Source: Takakia lepidozioides
Lineage: Eukaryota > Plantae > Bryophyta
Assembly (NCBI GenBank): GCA_030704615.1
Contig: CM060734.1
Location: forward strand, 25,792,001-25,856,000
DNA length: 64,000 bases
Direction of reading: 5' to 3'
Under the pieces are notes generated by a model. That model ran no database searches. It had not been told where the DNA came from and saw nothing but the letters and a program-made list of their open reading frames with translations. Shown piece after piece: positions 1 to 11,430 of this stretch. A program made the position numbers and the translations under genes. The first letter of the stretch is position 1; each line of letters starts with the position of its first letter.

Positions 1-411
1 GAGTGGTGTGGGAGAGTCTGAACTCTCCGTTGGTTCTGCCACATCTTCCTCTCCCTCTTTATCTTGTGATTAGGAAACTGGAGTTCCTGCCTTTGGTGTC
101 CCATGCCAACTCTTATCAAAGATTTCTGTCAAATCTTTTATCCAAGGATGTACCTCAGATCTCTCCCCTCGTGGCTAATCTTCTTCCTGTACCAAATCCC
201 TTAATCTTTCTTGTAAAGAATAAGAAGGAGTGGCATCCAACTCTGGTTCCTCCGGTATGGGTGATGTACTCTTTGATCTTAATGGTGTGAGAGGTCCAGA
301 TGATTCCCCTATGTCTATTCCTCTCTCCCAAAGATATGGATAATTAGCTTTCAGATAACTTTCTATTTTTGCTGAATATCTCTGGAGTCTAGCTTCTCTT
401 TCATCACTCAT
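1..411 (-). pseudogene. gag: gag N-terminal region of A1 (premature stop at 175-177)
   Basis: MSDEREARLQRYSAK... matches the gag starts at 46596 and ~9145, which lead into the retrotransposon capsid domain. Confidence 0.8.
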
Positions 412-431
412 GTCCCATGTCTTTCATTTCT

Positions 432-1127
432 TTAATGTGGCAATAACCAAAACTCTCTTCTGTAGTACCTCTCATATATGCCCGGGTTTCTTTCAAGCTT
501 CAATGCACCCTTGGCTATACTAGAAGTCTCCGTTACTATATAACCATATGGCAAACAAGTCTGGAAAGCTGTTCTTGGTGTGAGTTTGATCCACAGAATA
601 TCCTTTGGAATCCAATTCTTTACCAGTACAAGCTCCTCATGCATATGAGTATAAACATTCACCTTCCTTTCCTCCCAGCCTTCAAACTCTACTCGCTTAA
701 TGGATAGCAATGCTATCACATAAACCAGTGTTGGTAACCAACGTGCTCTTCCTCTACAGGCCACCTGATAAATCTTTATCACTCCTTTCTCCAGACCCCA
801 CTCAGGGTCAGCATCATGCACTCTCTTAAGAATGTTTTCTTTACAACCGTCTGGCAATTCCAAGAACCTCTGAAAGAATTGTTTGGACAATCTTTCCTTC
901 TCAGTTCCACATGGAATTTGATTCACATCAAATTCTTTAATTCTCCATCCACCATGATCCCACCAGATGCCTGTCACATCTGGTTGTTCATGACCCAGTT
1001 CCCCAGTATGGTCGCCAAATGTCGAGCGGCTTTTACTCACCCATCCCTTCGCTATCCGAGGTGGAAACTCCAAGATAGAAGAGTTGGATATCTCTAAGCA
1101 CTCAACCCGCTCAGAACAATCAGTCAT
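432..1127 (-). CDS. Pre-gag extra ORF (ORF0), 231 aa, unknown function
   Basis: Intact and the same length as 8429..9124; a third copy at 45880 and a distant homologue in family B; many differences between copies are synonymous. Confidence 0.8.
   Translation of the reverse strand: MTDCSERVECLEISNSSILEFPPRIAKGWVSKSRSTFGDHTGELGHEQPDVTGIWWDHGGWRIKEFDVNQIPCGTEKERLSKQFFQRFLELPDGCKENILKRVHDADPEWGLEKGVIKIYQVACRGRARWLPTLVYVIALLSIKRVEFEGWEERKVNVYTHMHEELVLVKNWIPKDILWIKLTPRTAFQTCLPYGYIVTETSSIAKGALKLERNPGIYERYYRREFWLLPH
1001..1017 (-). other. Primer-binding site, tRNA-Arg(UCG)-like
   Basis: TGGCGACCATACTGGGG two nt after the LTR end ...CTCGACA; near-complement of the plant tRNA-Arg(UCG) 3' end (recalled, not looked up). 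Confidence 0.75.
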
Positions 1128-2001
1128 GACCTGCAGCTAATGAATCATGGTTGTTCTTCCTATTTGTATTCCTTCCTGCCTTCATGTTATCAATTTATCT
1201 TACCGTGTGTACTGAAGCATCAGATTGCTTTAGTATCTACTAAGTTCCAGTTAATCATGCATTCATTCCACAGCTTCTCTCGTGTCTCTCTACACAGTAT
1301 GTTTGTATCGATTCAGTATCGGATTAAGATTAGTCATGTTTCATGCCTATGCCATGGTGTCTCTATTCTATCCTAGTGTATAATTCTACAGCTTGCATGA
1401 ACTAAGCCTCATTCAAGTCATCATCTTCTCTACACTGTTTCCCGCTCTTCGTTACGTCTCCTCCTCTCCTGAACAAGTCGCCCTCTCCTCGAAGTGATCC
1501 CCTTCCCATTGCCGCCCTCATAATCTACCCGCAAGCTGTTCTAACCACCTAACTAACTAACCGTCACCCCTGAAGTAACACGTTCCCTCTGCAGTTGTCG
1601 TTCCCTCACAGTCGTTTCCTGTCAATGATAACTGTTCCCCATGTACTGTGACAGGCTGTGTCAAGCTGTGTCGGGTTGTGTAAAGCTGTGTCCGGTTGTG
1701 ACTGGCTGTGCGAAGCTGTGTCGGGCTGTGTGAAGCCGTGTCAGGCTGTGACTGGTTGTGCGAAGCTGTGTCGGGCTGTGACTGGCTGTGCGAAGCTGTG
1801 TCGGGCTGTGTGAAGCTGTGTCGGGCTGTGACTGGCTGTGCTAAGCTGTGTCGAGCTGTGTGAAGCTGTGTCGAACTGTGTAACCCCCCTAAAGCCTGCT
1901 CCTGCCACCCCTAAGGCCCCTGTTGGTCTCAGTCTGCGCAAAAATTAAGGGTACCCCACAGAACCCATAAAAGCGTCTAAGTCCCAAGCAGCCCTCTAAT
2001 A
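1020..2001 (-). repeat. 5' LTR of A1 (~980 bp) with CACAG-type minisatellite
   Basis: Starts TATTAGAGGGCTG (family consensus TGTTAGAGGG), ends GCCGCTCGACA; CTGTG repeat block at ~1645-1880. Confidence 0.9.
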
Positions 2002-3051
2002 GTACTTCTCCGTCAGCAGAATGTGTGTGTCGCGGACATTTGTGCTCTGAGTGCTGGTGTTGTAATTCTCCAAGAACTCCCTGCACAGCTCGTCGTGCTT
2101 AAGGTTCCAGTCCAGCGTGGTGATGAAGTATTGCAGGCCAAGACTGTCCAACGTCTCTTGTGTCTCTGTGTCCTGCTCAATCTTCCGCAACGCCGAGCTG
2201 ATTTTGAAATTCACTTGCGCATAAGAACTTGGTGCCTTCCGCTTGGTGTTTGCCATTTCTCTTAGTCTTGCGGTTATTGTAAGGAATTGGAGCACCAATT
2301 CCTGTATCATAAACAGTATGAAGCACACTGGAAGTTGTGTAGACAACAATTTCCAGTTTGCGGAAGAGAAGGTGAGGAGTTCGTTTCTAGGTTTAAGTAG
2401 GGGTTCTCCTCTGTAGGCTTCTCCTCTAACTTCTCTCGAGGTTCTCGTGGAGGTAATTTTGTCCTGCTGTTTGCCTAGGTTTAAAGCGCAGTTAGTTTTA
2501 ATTGCTGGGCCCCGGGTTACCAAGAAGCATTTAGCTTCTGGTAACGGTTTTGAGAAAACTTCATCCCTTTTGTGCCTGATTTTCTTCCGTTGGTGTTTTC
2601 TTCGTGATTTGTTTTGGATCGAACTGATGGTCGTTGATGATTGTCCGATTTCGGTTAGTTTATGTTCATCCATCTTGGATGTGTTCATCCACTTTGGTAC
2701 GTGGTCTGTTTTTACATGGGCGGCATGTGCGCAGTACTTGCAGCTTGGTTTAATGGCTTTGCCCTTATCATTCGCCGTCTGTTGGCAATCCGTTGGATTG
2801 CGCCGTCGTTCTGCCTCTGTGTTATGATCGATGGTTAGTGGTGTATGATTACCACAGTCGGTGGGGTGATCTGGAGCGTACATCTCGGAGTTTAACACAA
2901 GCAGTGACTCGTTGGCTGCTTCGTATTCGTTCACGGTTCTGTAGGGCATCTGTGCTGGCCACGGTTCACCATACGGTATACGGGGCGGTAATGTTGTCCT
3001 CCAGATGAATGGTGGTCTAGCCGTCGTGGTGCCCTGAATTTGTGTTGCCAC
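2002..3051 (-). pseudogene. Post-integrase extra ORF of B', interrupted by A1; C-terminal part resembles the plant-transposon (Athila env-like) domain
   Basis: LDSLGLQYFITTLDWNLKHDELCREFLENYN...TNVRDTHILLT aligns with LKELRLEGLLRKEWSLHHRGLMIQFIQNFE...TQVKGVDIEVT of the family A 3' ORF. Confidence 0.6.
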
Positions 3052-3066
3052 CTGTCTTAGTACATG

Positions 3067-6000
3067 CTAATTCACCGTGTTGTGATGAATGTAGTATGCA
3101 CTGGCGGTTTCACGCTCCTCATCTTCAGTTTGATCTTCCTCGTTGGCATATAAGTCATGTATTTTGTCATGTATTCCTTGGTAGCCTTTTAACTTGTTAA
3201 TATTAATTCGTCCCACGATTTCTTGTTCCAAGGTCTGCAAATCAACAGTTCCATTGTCATGTACCTTTTTGATTTGAAATGGTCCCATCCATGGCATTTT
3301 CAATTTTCCGCCCAGTTTGATCTTCTTGATTTTTGGTAACCATAAAACAATGTCCCCGTCCTGGAAAGATTACTCTTTCCCTTCGGATATTCTTTTTCTT
3401 TGTTGTTCTTGAGTTCGTGCCATGTTATCTGCGGTGTCTGCCCGAACTTCTTCCAGATGGAATAACTCATATTCCCTGATTCGTAGAGATTCCTCTAAAC
3501 CCCATCGTTCATGAGTTCCGGTTCGTAGCGTGGGTATCATACATTCAATGGGTAATAGTGCCTCTGCTCCATACACCAGTTGAAATGGTGTATGTTTCGT
3601 GGTCACCTTATATGATGTCTTGAATGCCCATAGTGTTGTGTTTAATTTGGTGTCCCAATCTATACAATTGGCATTTACTATCTTGGTTAAGATAGTGCAT
3701 AATATCTTGTTGGTAGATTCGGCCTGGCCATTTCCTTGGGGATAGTAAGCAATACTCTTGTGATGTACGATCATGAACTCCTCCGTCAAGCATTTTATGG
3801 CATCATTTATAAAATGTGATCCCTGATCACTGACGAATTCCAGTGGGCAACCAAATCGTGTGATGATGTTTTCATATAAGAATTTGGCTGTCGATCTGGC
3901 AATGTTGTCTCTTAGTGCCTTGGCCTCTACCCATTTGGTAGTGTAGTCAGTGGCTGTGAGGATGTATTGGTTATGTGTGTACCTTGCTGGAGGTTTAATG
4001 GGCCCCACAAAGTCTAGCCCCCATCGCTGAAATGGTTTTGTTGGTAGTATTGGGTGCATAGTACCATTCCCAGTTCGTTCTACTGGTCCCATCCTCTGGC
4101 AAACATCACACTGTTGACAATGTTCATAAGTGTCTCCAAATACAGTAGGCCACCAGTAATCTGCTAATAATATCTTCTTTGCTGTCAGGTCCGAACTGAA
4201 GTGTCCTCCTGCAATTCCTTCGTGTAGTTCTTGCATCACTGTTTTGGCTTGCTCTTTGTTTACACATCTTCTCATTCCTCTTTTGTACAAAATCCCCTTG
4301 ATTACTGTGTATGGCTTGCTTTTCATTGAAAGCTTTCTCCTGTCATCTTTGGTGTAGTCTTCAGGAAATTTCCCTGTGTTCAGATAGTATTTGATTGGCC
4401 ATTGCCAATCATCTTGATCTTGATTCTGAATGTCTTCTGATTCTTCCTTGGTAACTGTATACGCTCCAATACTGATATTGGCCAATTCTTGATTCTTTGT
4501 TTCTTTGTTTTCCTTGTCATCTTCTTCTTCTGGATCTGGCTCTTCCTCAATAATAGGTCCTTCATCAAGAGGTTCATCTTCATTTGATGAGTCCTCTTCT
4601 TCATCAGTGTCATCCATGAGTTTAAGAGCATCTGGAAAGTCATAGTCTCCTTGAAACATTCCCAAAGTGTTTATAGGATCTGTCTCTTCATCTGGTGCTT
4701 CTGGTTGAACAGCAAACAAAAATGCGTCGGACAGTTGATCCTCTACCCCCCGTGGCTGGTTCTCCTGTAGTAATCCTTGACAGATGATCTGCTGTAACAT
4801 GTAATCTCCCTGGTTTATGAACAACTTCAAAATCATACTCATGAAGAAGTAATAACCATCGAGCAACCCTGCCACTAGCTAGTGGTCGATTTGCTAAATG
4901 AACTAGAGCCTGATGATCAACAATAAACTTAAAGCGATTGCCAAGTAAATAATGCCGAAACTTTTGAACAGCATAAATCATTGCCAATGCTTCCCTTTCT
5001 GTGGTACTATAGTTCTTCTCGGCTGCTGTCGACAATCTGCTTGCATAATAGATTGGTGAATCTATTGTGCCTGTCACATTCTGAGCTAGAACTGCTCCCA
5101 AAGCAATGCCTAATGCATCGCTGTGTACATGAAATGGTAAATCCCATCTTGGATTTATCAGAATTGGTGCTGCTGTGAGTGCCCTTTTTAGTGAATCAAA
5201 TGATTCATGGCAAGCTAGAGACCATCGGTATTCGGCATCTTGCTCAGCAATCTATAGACTGGTGCCGCTCTGTGAGCATATTTGTCCATGTATCTTCTGT
5301 AATAGCTTGTCTGTCCCAGAAATCTTTCGAGTTTCTTGGGATTTTCTGGTGGTGGTATTTTCCACTAGAATTCCCTGTTGGCACACAATGTGTCCCAACA
5401 ATAATCCTGAATTCACACAAAATGTACATTTTTCCGGTTTGAGACTTACTCCATTGTTTCTGCAGGCTTGTAGGCAAAGTTTTAATTGTGCCAAGTGTTT
5501 GGATTTCTGTCCGAAGACACTGAAATCATCCAAAAATACTTGCATAAAATCGTTGAGATAAATCTTGAATATCTCAGATACTGCTCGCTGAAACGTGGCT
5601 GGTGCGTTGCAAAGTCCAAATGGCATGACTTTATAAGCATAGGTTCCCCATTCAGTGATGAATGCGGTCTTTTCTCGGTCTTCTTCTACCATCTGCACCT
5701 GGTTGTACCCACTAAACCCGTCCATGAATGGGTACATCTCATGTCCGGCCACTGTGTCCAACACTATTTCGGTGAAAGGTAGTGGAAAGGGGTCTTTCTT
5801 GGTTCCTGCGTTTAACTTGCGGTAGTCTACACATACTCGTAATTTTCCATTTTTCTTGGGTACTATCACAATGGGCGATAACCATTGTGGCGTCTCTACT
5901 GGGTATATGAATCCTGCATCCAGTAATTTCTTGATTTCTTCCCAAACTTTAGCTACATAGTTGGGGTTCATTTTGTAACGGTTCTGACGAATTGGTTTTG

Positions 6001-6976
6001 TGTCAACTTCCAATTCAATTCGGTGTTGATAGATGTTGGAAGGTATACCCTTCAAATCTTTGTAGTTCCAGGCAAATACATCATTGTATCGAGTGAAGAA
6101 TGCAGTGGCTTCTTGTAGAAATGATTCTTCAAGACCTGCACTTACTCGTATTATCTGTGGTTCTTCCCCTGTTCCCAAATTCACTTGAATCAATTGAGTT
6201 TCTTCCGTTACTGTCCATCCTGCAATTTCTTGTCCGATGGTTGCAATTGTGGCAGGTATCTCACTGATTTTAATGTCTTCTTCCCTTTCTTGATAAAAAC
6301 GGGCAGGGTGTTGAGGTGTGTCCATAGCTTCTTCCTCCGGATCTTCCGTTCTTGGAGTATTCGGTTCTCCTTGGGTTTTCACCATGTGACATCCTACTGT
6401 TGTGGTATGCTTGACCACTAATTGCCCAATAGGTTCCAACTGTGGATGTGCTGCATATACTGTGGCTTCTTCTTCATCCGATAGTCCACTAGACCAATCA
6501 TACTCTTCCACTATGCAAGATCATTTCTCTCGTGGAATGGTACCTCGTTGCTTCGTAGTGATGGTGACTTGTTCTGATCCCTTTTTGATCGTGAGAGTCT
6601 GACTTCCCCAATCGTGGTGTGATTGGGCTTGTGTTAACCATGGTCGGCCAAGTAGTAGTGAATATCCTTCGGCCACATCCTCCATTCTGAGAATGGTTAC
6701 TGATACTTCGTATACTAGTCATGCTACTTCCATTGCAAGTCGTCTGATGATACCCAATGGTTGCACTTTTCGTTGATCAGCCATTTGTACCGTGAATGGA
6801 GCAGGTTCCATGTGCCCCAATCCTAGTGACTTCTTCATCTTCTCTGTCATGATATTCACTCCGGATCCTCCATCGATGAGTACATCCGTTACCATCTTCC
6901 GTCCAATACGTATATTTTCCAAACAAAGCTTGAAGTTGAAAATCTGATTTAGGCCCTCTAAAGGAGGAGCATGCAT
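3067..6976 (-). pseudogene. pol: pol polyprotein remnant (aspartic protease, RT, RNase H, integrase) with frameshifts and stops
   Basis: PR VLIDGGSGVNIM; RT LRVCVDYRKLN, MPFGLCNAPATFQR, FLDDF; RH YYASR...NYSTTERE; [30 protein letters not shown]. Confidence 0.95.
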
Positions 6977-7605
6977 TGTGGAGTTCCACTGAATCTATGA
7001 TTGACAAGGGGATGGCCCCATGAGTCCATTGGAATTGAGAGCTTTTGAAGCTTGTATTTGAAGTGATTGAAGAAAGAATCTTTGTGATTTCGTTACTAAT
7101 TTGGAATATAGTATGCTCTGGAAAAGAGGACCAGCAGGCTGGATCTGGGACTTGAGGCCACCATCAGGCCCACTATGTACTAATTTGCCCCCCCCCCCCC
7201 CCCCCCCCCCCAAGCAAGCCATGGAGGCCTAGGGGAGGGGGGAGTTGTTTATTTTTGTTTTGGGGTTTGGGCGGACTAAATTTCATTGATAGCAGCTGCC
7301 CCATAGTCGCGAGCAGCCCGGGTGCTGCGCCTAGAAGCTAGGTACTCGATTACTTGAAGTGTGGAGGCAGCCGTGGCCCAGCCACGACGTACGGGGCCCC
7401 AGCGCTGACCTGAGTTGTACTGTGATCAAGTACACCAGCCGCGTGTGGCCCAGAAACGAGGCGCTGAAGTGTGTAAGCAGGGCGCGGGTCTTTTTCCCGC
7501 TGGATAACCAAAATTGTTGACAGACCGGCGGTTGCCGGCTTTAACTGTAGCGGTCCACAGCGCAGACCGCTCTGCGCGGAGCCAAGCCCCACCAGGGGCG
7601 GTCTA

Positions 7606-8536
7606 TGTTACAGGGCTGCATCGGACTTAGACAATTTAGGGGTTCTGTGGGGTACCCTTAATTTTGCGCAGACCTTAAGGTGTGACAGACTCAGACCAGC
7701 ACAGGCCTCAAGGATGGCAGACACAGGCTCATATAGGCAGCAGTCACAGGCTTACACAGCCTATCACAGTCTATCACAGTCCGTCACAGCTCGACACAGT
7801 ACACAGCTCGACACAGCCGTCATGGTCTATCACAGCTGACACAACCTGTCACAGTGCGACACAGTTCACAGCCCGACACAGCCTGACACAACGCCACACA
7901 GTCGACACAGGTCACAGGGCACTGTTATCACTAGCGGGGAATGAGAGTGCGGGAATGTCACCAACATAGGGAACGACAATACTTACGTACTGTCTTGGCT
8001 GGCAGTTAGTTAGTTAAGCGGTTAGAACAACTTGGGGGTTGATTATGCAAAGTAGCTACAGAGATGGGATCACTTCTTGGAGCACGATCTTGGAGAACAG
8101 GGATTGGAGAGCACACAGAGGAGGAGAGACGATCTATTGTAGCTTGATACATGCAAGTTGTAGAGATGTTACTGTAGGATAGATTAGAGACACCATGGCT
8201 TCGGCCTGACATGTGATAGTTATTAATACGATACCTACTTCATACTCACACTGTGTAGGGAGACTTGAGTGAAGTTGTGGAATGTATGCTTAAGTTGTTA
8301 GAATGGAACTCGGTAGATTGCAGAAGCAGTCTGATACTTCAACCTAGGCAGTAAGGTAACATACTAAATATGAATGCAAGAAGGAATAGATATAGGGAAG
8401 CACCCCCATGATACACTAGCTGTAGGTCATGATTGATTGTTCTGAGCGGGCTGAGTACTTGGAGATATCCAGCTCTTCTATCTTGGAGTTTCTACCTCAG
8501 ATAGCTAAGGGATGGGTGAGTAAAAGCCGCTCAACA
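7606..8536 (+). repeat. 5' LTR of A2
   Basis: TGTTACAGGGCTG...GCCGCTCAACA; homologous to the other A LTRs. Confidence 0.9.
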
Positions 8537-9124
8537 TTTGGCGACCATAGTGGGAAGCTGATTCAAGAACAACTAGATGTGACAGGCATCTGGTGGGATC
8601 ATGGTGGATGGAGAATCAAAGAATTTGATGTGAATCAAATTCCCTGTGAAACTGAGAAAGAAAGATTGTCCAAACAATTCTTTCAGAAGTTCTTGGAATT
8701 GCCAGACCGTTGCAAGGAAAGTATTCTCGAGAGAGTGCATGATGCTCATCCAGAGTGGGGTCTGGAAAAAGGAGTGATAAAGATCTATCAAGCAGCCTGT
8801 AAAGGGAGAGCGAGATGGTTACCAACACTGGTTTATGTGATAGCGTTGCTATCCATTAAACAAGTGGAGTTCGAAAGCTGGGAGGAACGAAAAGTGAATG
8901 TTTACACTCATATGCATGAAGAGCTTGAATTGGTAAAGAATTGGATTCCAAAGGATATTCTTTGGATCAAGCTTACACCAAAAACAACTTTTCAAACTTG
9001 TTTGCCATATGGTTATATGGTAACGGAGTCTTCCAGTCTAGCCAAGGGTGCATTAAAGCTTGAAAGAAATCCAGGCATATACGAGAGATACTACAGGAGA
9101 GAGTTTTGGTTATTGCCTCATTAA
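8429..9124 (+). CDS. Pre-gag extra ORF (ORF0), 231 aa
   Basis: Intact paralogue of 432..1127. Confidence 0.8.
   Translation: MIDCSERAEYLEISSSSILEFLPQIAKGWVSKSRSTFGDHSGKLIQEQLDVTGIWWDHGGWRIKEFDVNQIPCETEKERLSKQFFQKFLELPDRCKESILERVHDAHPEWGLEKGVIKIYQAACKGRARWLPTLVYVIALLSIKQVEFESWEERKVNVYTHMHEELELVKNWIPKDILWIKLTPKTTFQTCLPYGYMVTESSSLAKGALKLERNPGIYERYYRREFWLLPH
8539..8555 (+). other. PBS, tRNA-Arg(UCG)-like
   Basis: TGGCGACCATAGTGGGA directly after the LTR. Confidence 0.8.
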
Positions 9125-9369
9125 AGACATGAAAGACATGTGTCGTGAGTGATGAAAGGGAAGCGAGACTTCAGAGATATTCAACAAAAAGAGAAAGTTA
9201 TTTAAAAGCTAATTATCCATATCTCTGGGAGAAAAGAATAGATATAGGGGAATCATCTGGACCTCTCACACCACCAAGACCAGAGAGTACATCACCCATA
9301 CCGTGATTGGAACAAAAATACAAGCTGTCACATATGGTTCTCCTAGCTTGCAGCTAACTTAAAACTCAC

Positions 9370-11430
9370 TTCACGCCGTCAGCCTTCTTCAGGCTACGGA
9401 CAGGCCACAACATGTAACTGCCCTTCGCGTGCACAAGTGTGGTCTGTGGGGGATCACCGTTGTGGTTTGGGAAGGTAAGTGGACCTTTCCATTGTTGTAA
9501 TCTGTAACCTTGATCTTGTACCAGCCAGTCTGTATGTCTTTGGAATGAAACTTGTCTCTACCTGCGACTCCGGCCACGTGCCTTGTGGCAACAGCGGCCT
9601 TCCTCTGCTTGTCATGAGGATTCAGTAGATACACTGTCTCCCCCATCTGCCATGACAAGCATGAATTGGAAGTCATAATCAAAATGACTAAACTGAAAAC
9701 CCTCAAAGCAAAGCAGCAACCCAGCAAACCTTGAACAAAAAAAAACCTAGCCAAACACATGCGAATCCATAACAAACCCTAGGCAAACAAAACTCAGGAC
9801 TGTAGCAAACCCGAGGGGCTGCTATTTCATGAGCGGCATGAGCATGAGCGGAAAAAAAAAAAAAAAACATGAGCGGACCATTGTGTGTCCATGGAAATAG
9901 GGGTAGGAGGCATGGAAATAGGGTCATGTGAAGTTGGAATGTGGCACCACTAGACTCATCATAGCAATGAAATGCAACATTTTATTGCAAATTTTGTGGC
10001 GAGCCACATCTATACAACTGTCCTAAATGTCATAGCCGAAATGGGAACTACTATCCTCCTCTCCTACACCCTCCGAGGAACTTGCCCCACCTGCCTCCTC
10101 ATCCCCCTCATCTCCTAATATCTGAGATGCATCACTTCCACTATGCCTCTCAAAAATACCGTCCTCTCCTTGGGGAACCATCCACCTCACCTCCTGGGAT
10201 TCTTCTGCCTCTTCTCCCCCACTTTCCTCAGCATAATCCAAGACAAATCTACGAGCCTGACGAGCTCTAATAGTTGCTGCCTTGGAAATGGCTAAGTCCC
10301 AGGGGTGGCCTTGCCCGAATCTGGAAATGTGGCACCATTTTTCCAGAGTCGGATACAGGCACTCATGGGACAGCCGTTTTGGGCCCCAACCTGGATATAT
10401 TGCGCCGAATTTCCAGTCTGGGGGGCCAAAATGGCTAAGTCCCTGAGTACCTTCCGATATCATGGGACTTAGCCGTTTTGGGCCCCAAGCATCCATATGG
10501 CGTCGAATTTCCAGTGTGCGGCCGGAAATGGCCAAGTCCCAGGGGTGGCCTTGCCCGAATCTGGAAATGCGGCACCATTTTTCTAGAGTCGGATACAGGC
10601 ACTCATGGGACTTAGCCGTTTTGGGCCCCAACCTGGATATATGGCGCCAAATTTCCAGTCTGGGGGGCCAAAATGGCTAAGTCCCTGAATACCTTCTGAT
10701 GTCATGGACTTAGCCGTTTTGGGCCCCAAGCTAGATATATGGCGCCAAATTTCTAGTGTGCGGCCAGAGATGGCTAAGTCCTAGGGGCAGCCTTGCCCGA
10801 ATCTGGAAATGCGGCGCCATTTTTCCAGAGTCGGATACAGACACTCATGGGACTTAGCCGTTTTGGGCCCCAAGCTGGATATAGGCACTCATGGAACTTA
10901 GCCGCTCATGGGACAACCATTTCCACGCCAAAGAATTGGGTGACATAGAAAATGGGTATGAATGTAATAAGAGCCCAGGAGGTTTACCTGTATAGAAGGC
11001 GCATTGTCGTTTTGTCCGCATTCGGCTGATCGGTGAACTCGTGACTCCTCCGGGCATGCGACATCTCTCGATAGAATAGGTCGGTTTTGAATAGCAAAAA
11101 GTACCTCGTCACATAGTCAGTGAGGCTCTCTGCTCCTGCCGCTATCTTCAGCTTGAACTGGTGGGCTTGGGTGTCCAGCTGCTCTTGCGCATTTGTGGTG
11201 ACATGCGGATAGTCCCCATCAGTCAACATTCTTCAAGAAATGTCGGAAATCTACATGATACAAGAGGGGAAGCACCAAAAAAGCTTGAAAACAACCTGAA
11301 ACCACCATGTCATGCGGTTCATCCAGAGGTCAAATGTGGGGTCGGACAGTTTATCAGGTTTTGGGAAGCTCCACATGTCCCGAATACTCTGAGACCCATT
11401 CCAGATTTGGAGCCACCAGGTCTGTCCAAC
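9370..11430 (-). pseudogene. 3' exons of the MULE accessory gene family (exons ~10987-11424 and ~9370-9648)
   Basis: Acceptor TTGGACAG then TWWLQIW; last exon GETVYLLN...VAGVAG..KFH...GWYKIKV..HLPFPN..DPPQTTL...YMLWP (one frameshift), resembling C-terminal domains of plant DNA-transposon accessory proteins. Confidence 0.55.
10284..10905. repeat. ~240-bp tandem repeat (about 2.5 units) built from ~80-bp subunits
   Basis: Unit starts at 10284, 10524 and ~10765; recurring GGACTTAGCC/GGCTAAGTCC and GGCGCC(A/G)AATTTCC motifs. Confidence 0.9.

Larger units (their letters stand above)
1..2001 (-). mobile_element. Ty3/Gypsy family A copy A1, 5' part (LTR, PBS, pre-gag ORF0, start of gag); inserted into the 3' ORF of element B'
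   Basis: LTR matches copies at 7606, 36343, 44288 and 45000; followed by PBS, ORF0 and gag N-terminus; runs off the window start. Confidence 0.92.
2002..6998 (-). mobile_element. Non-chromovirus Ty3/Gypsy internal region B' (PR-RT-RH-INT plus 3' extra ORF), truncated at both ends
   Basis: Gypsy domain order; protein clearly related to but distinct from family A pol; assignment to family B is only inferred. Confidence 0.9.

Noticed and set aside
1741-1941. His/Ser/Thr repeat ORFs in family A LTRs
   Set aside because: Translations of the CACAG minisatellite, with variable length and frame between LTR copies
9813-10920. Discrete MITE with terminal inverted repeats
   Set aside because: The right-hand match is limited to CCGCTCATG and no TSD is visible; kept only as a D-terminus-related block
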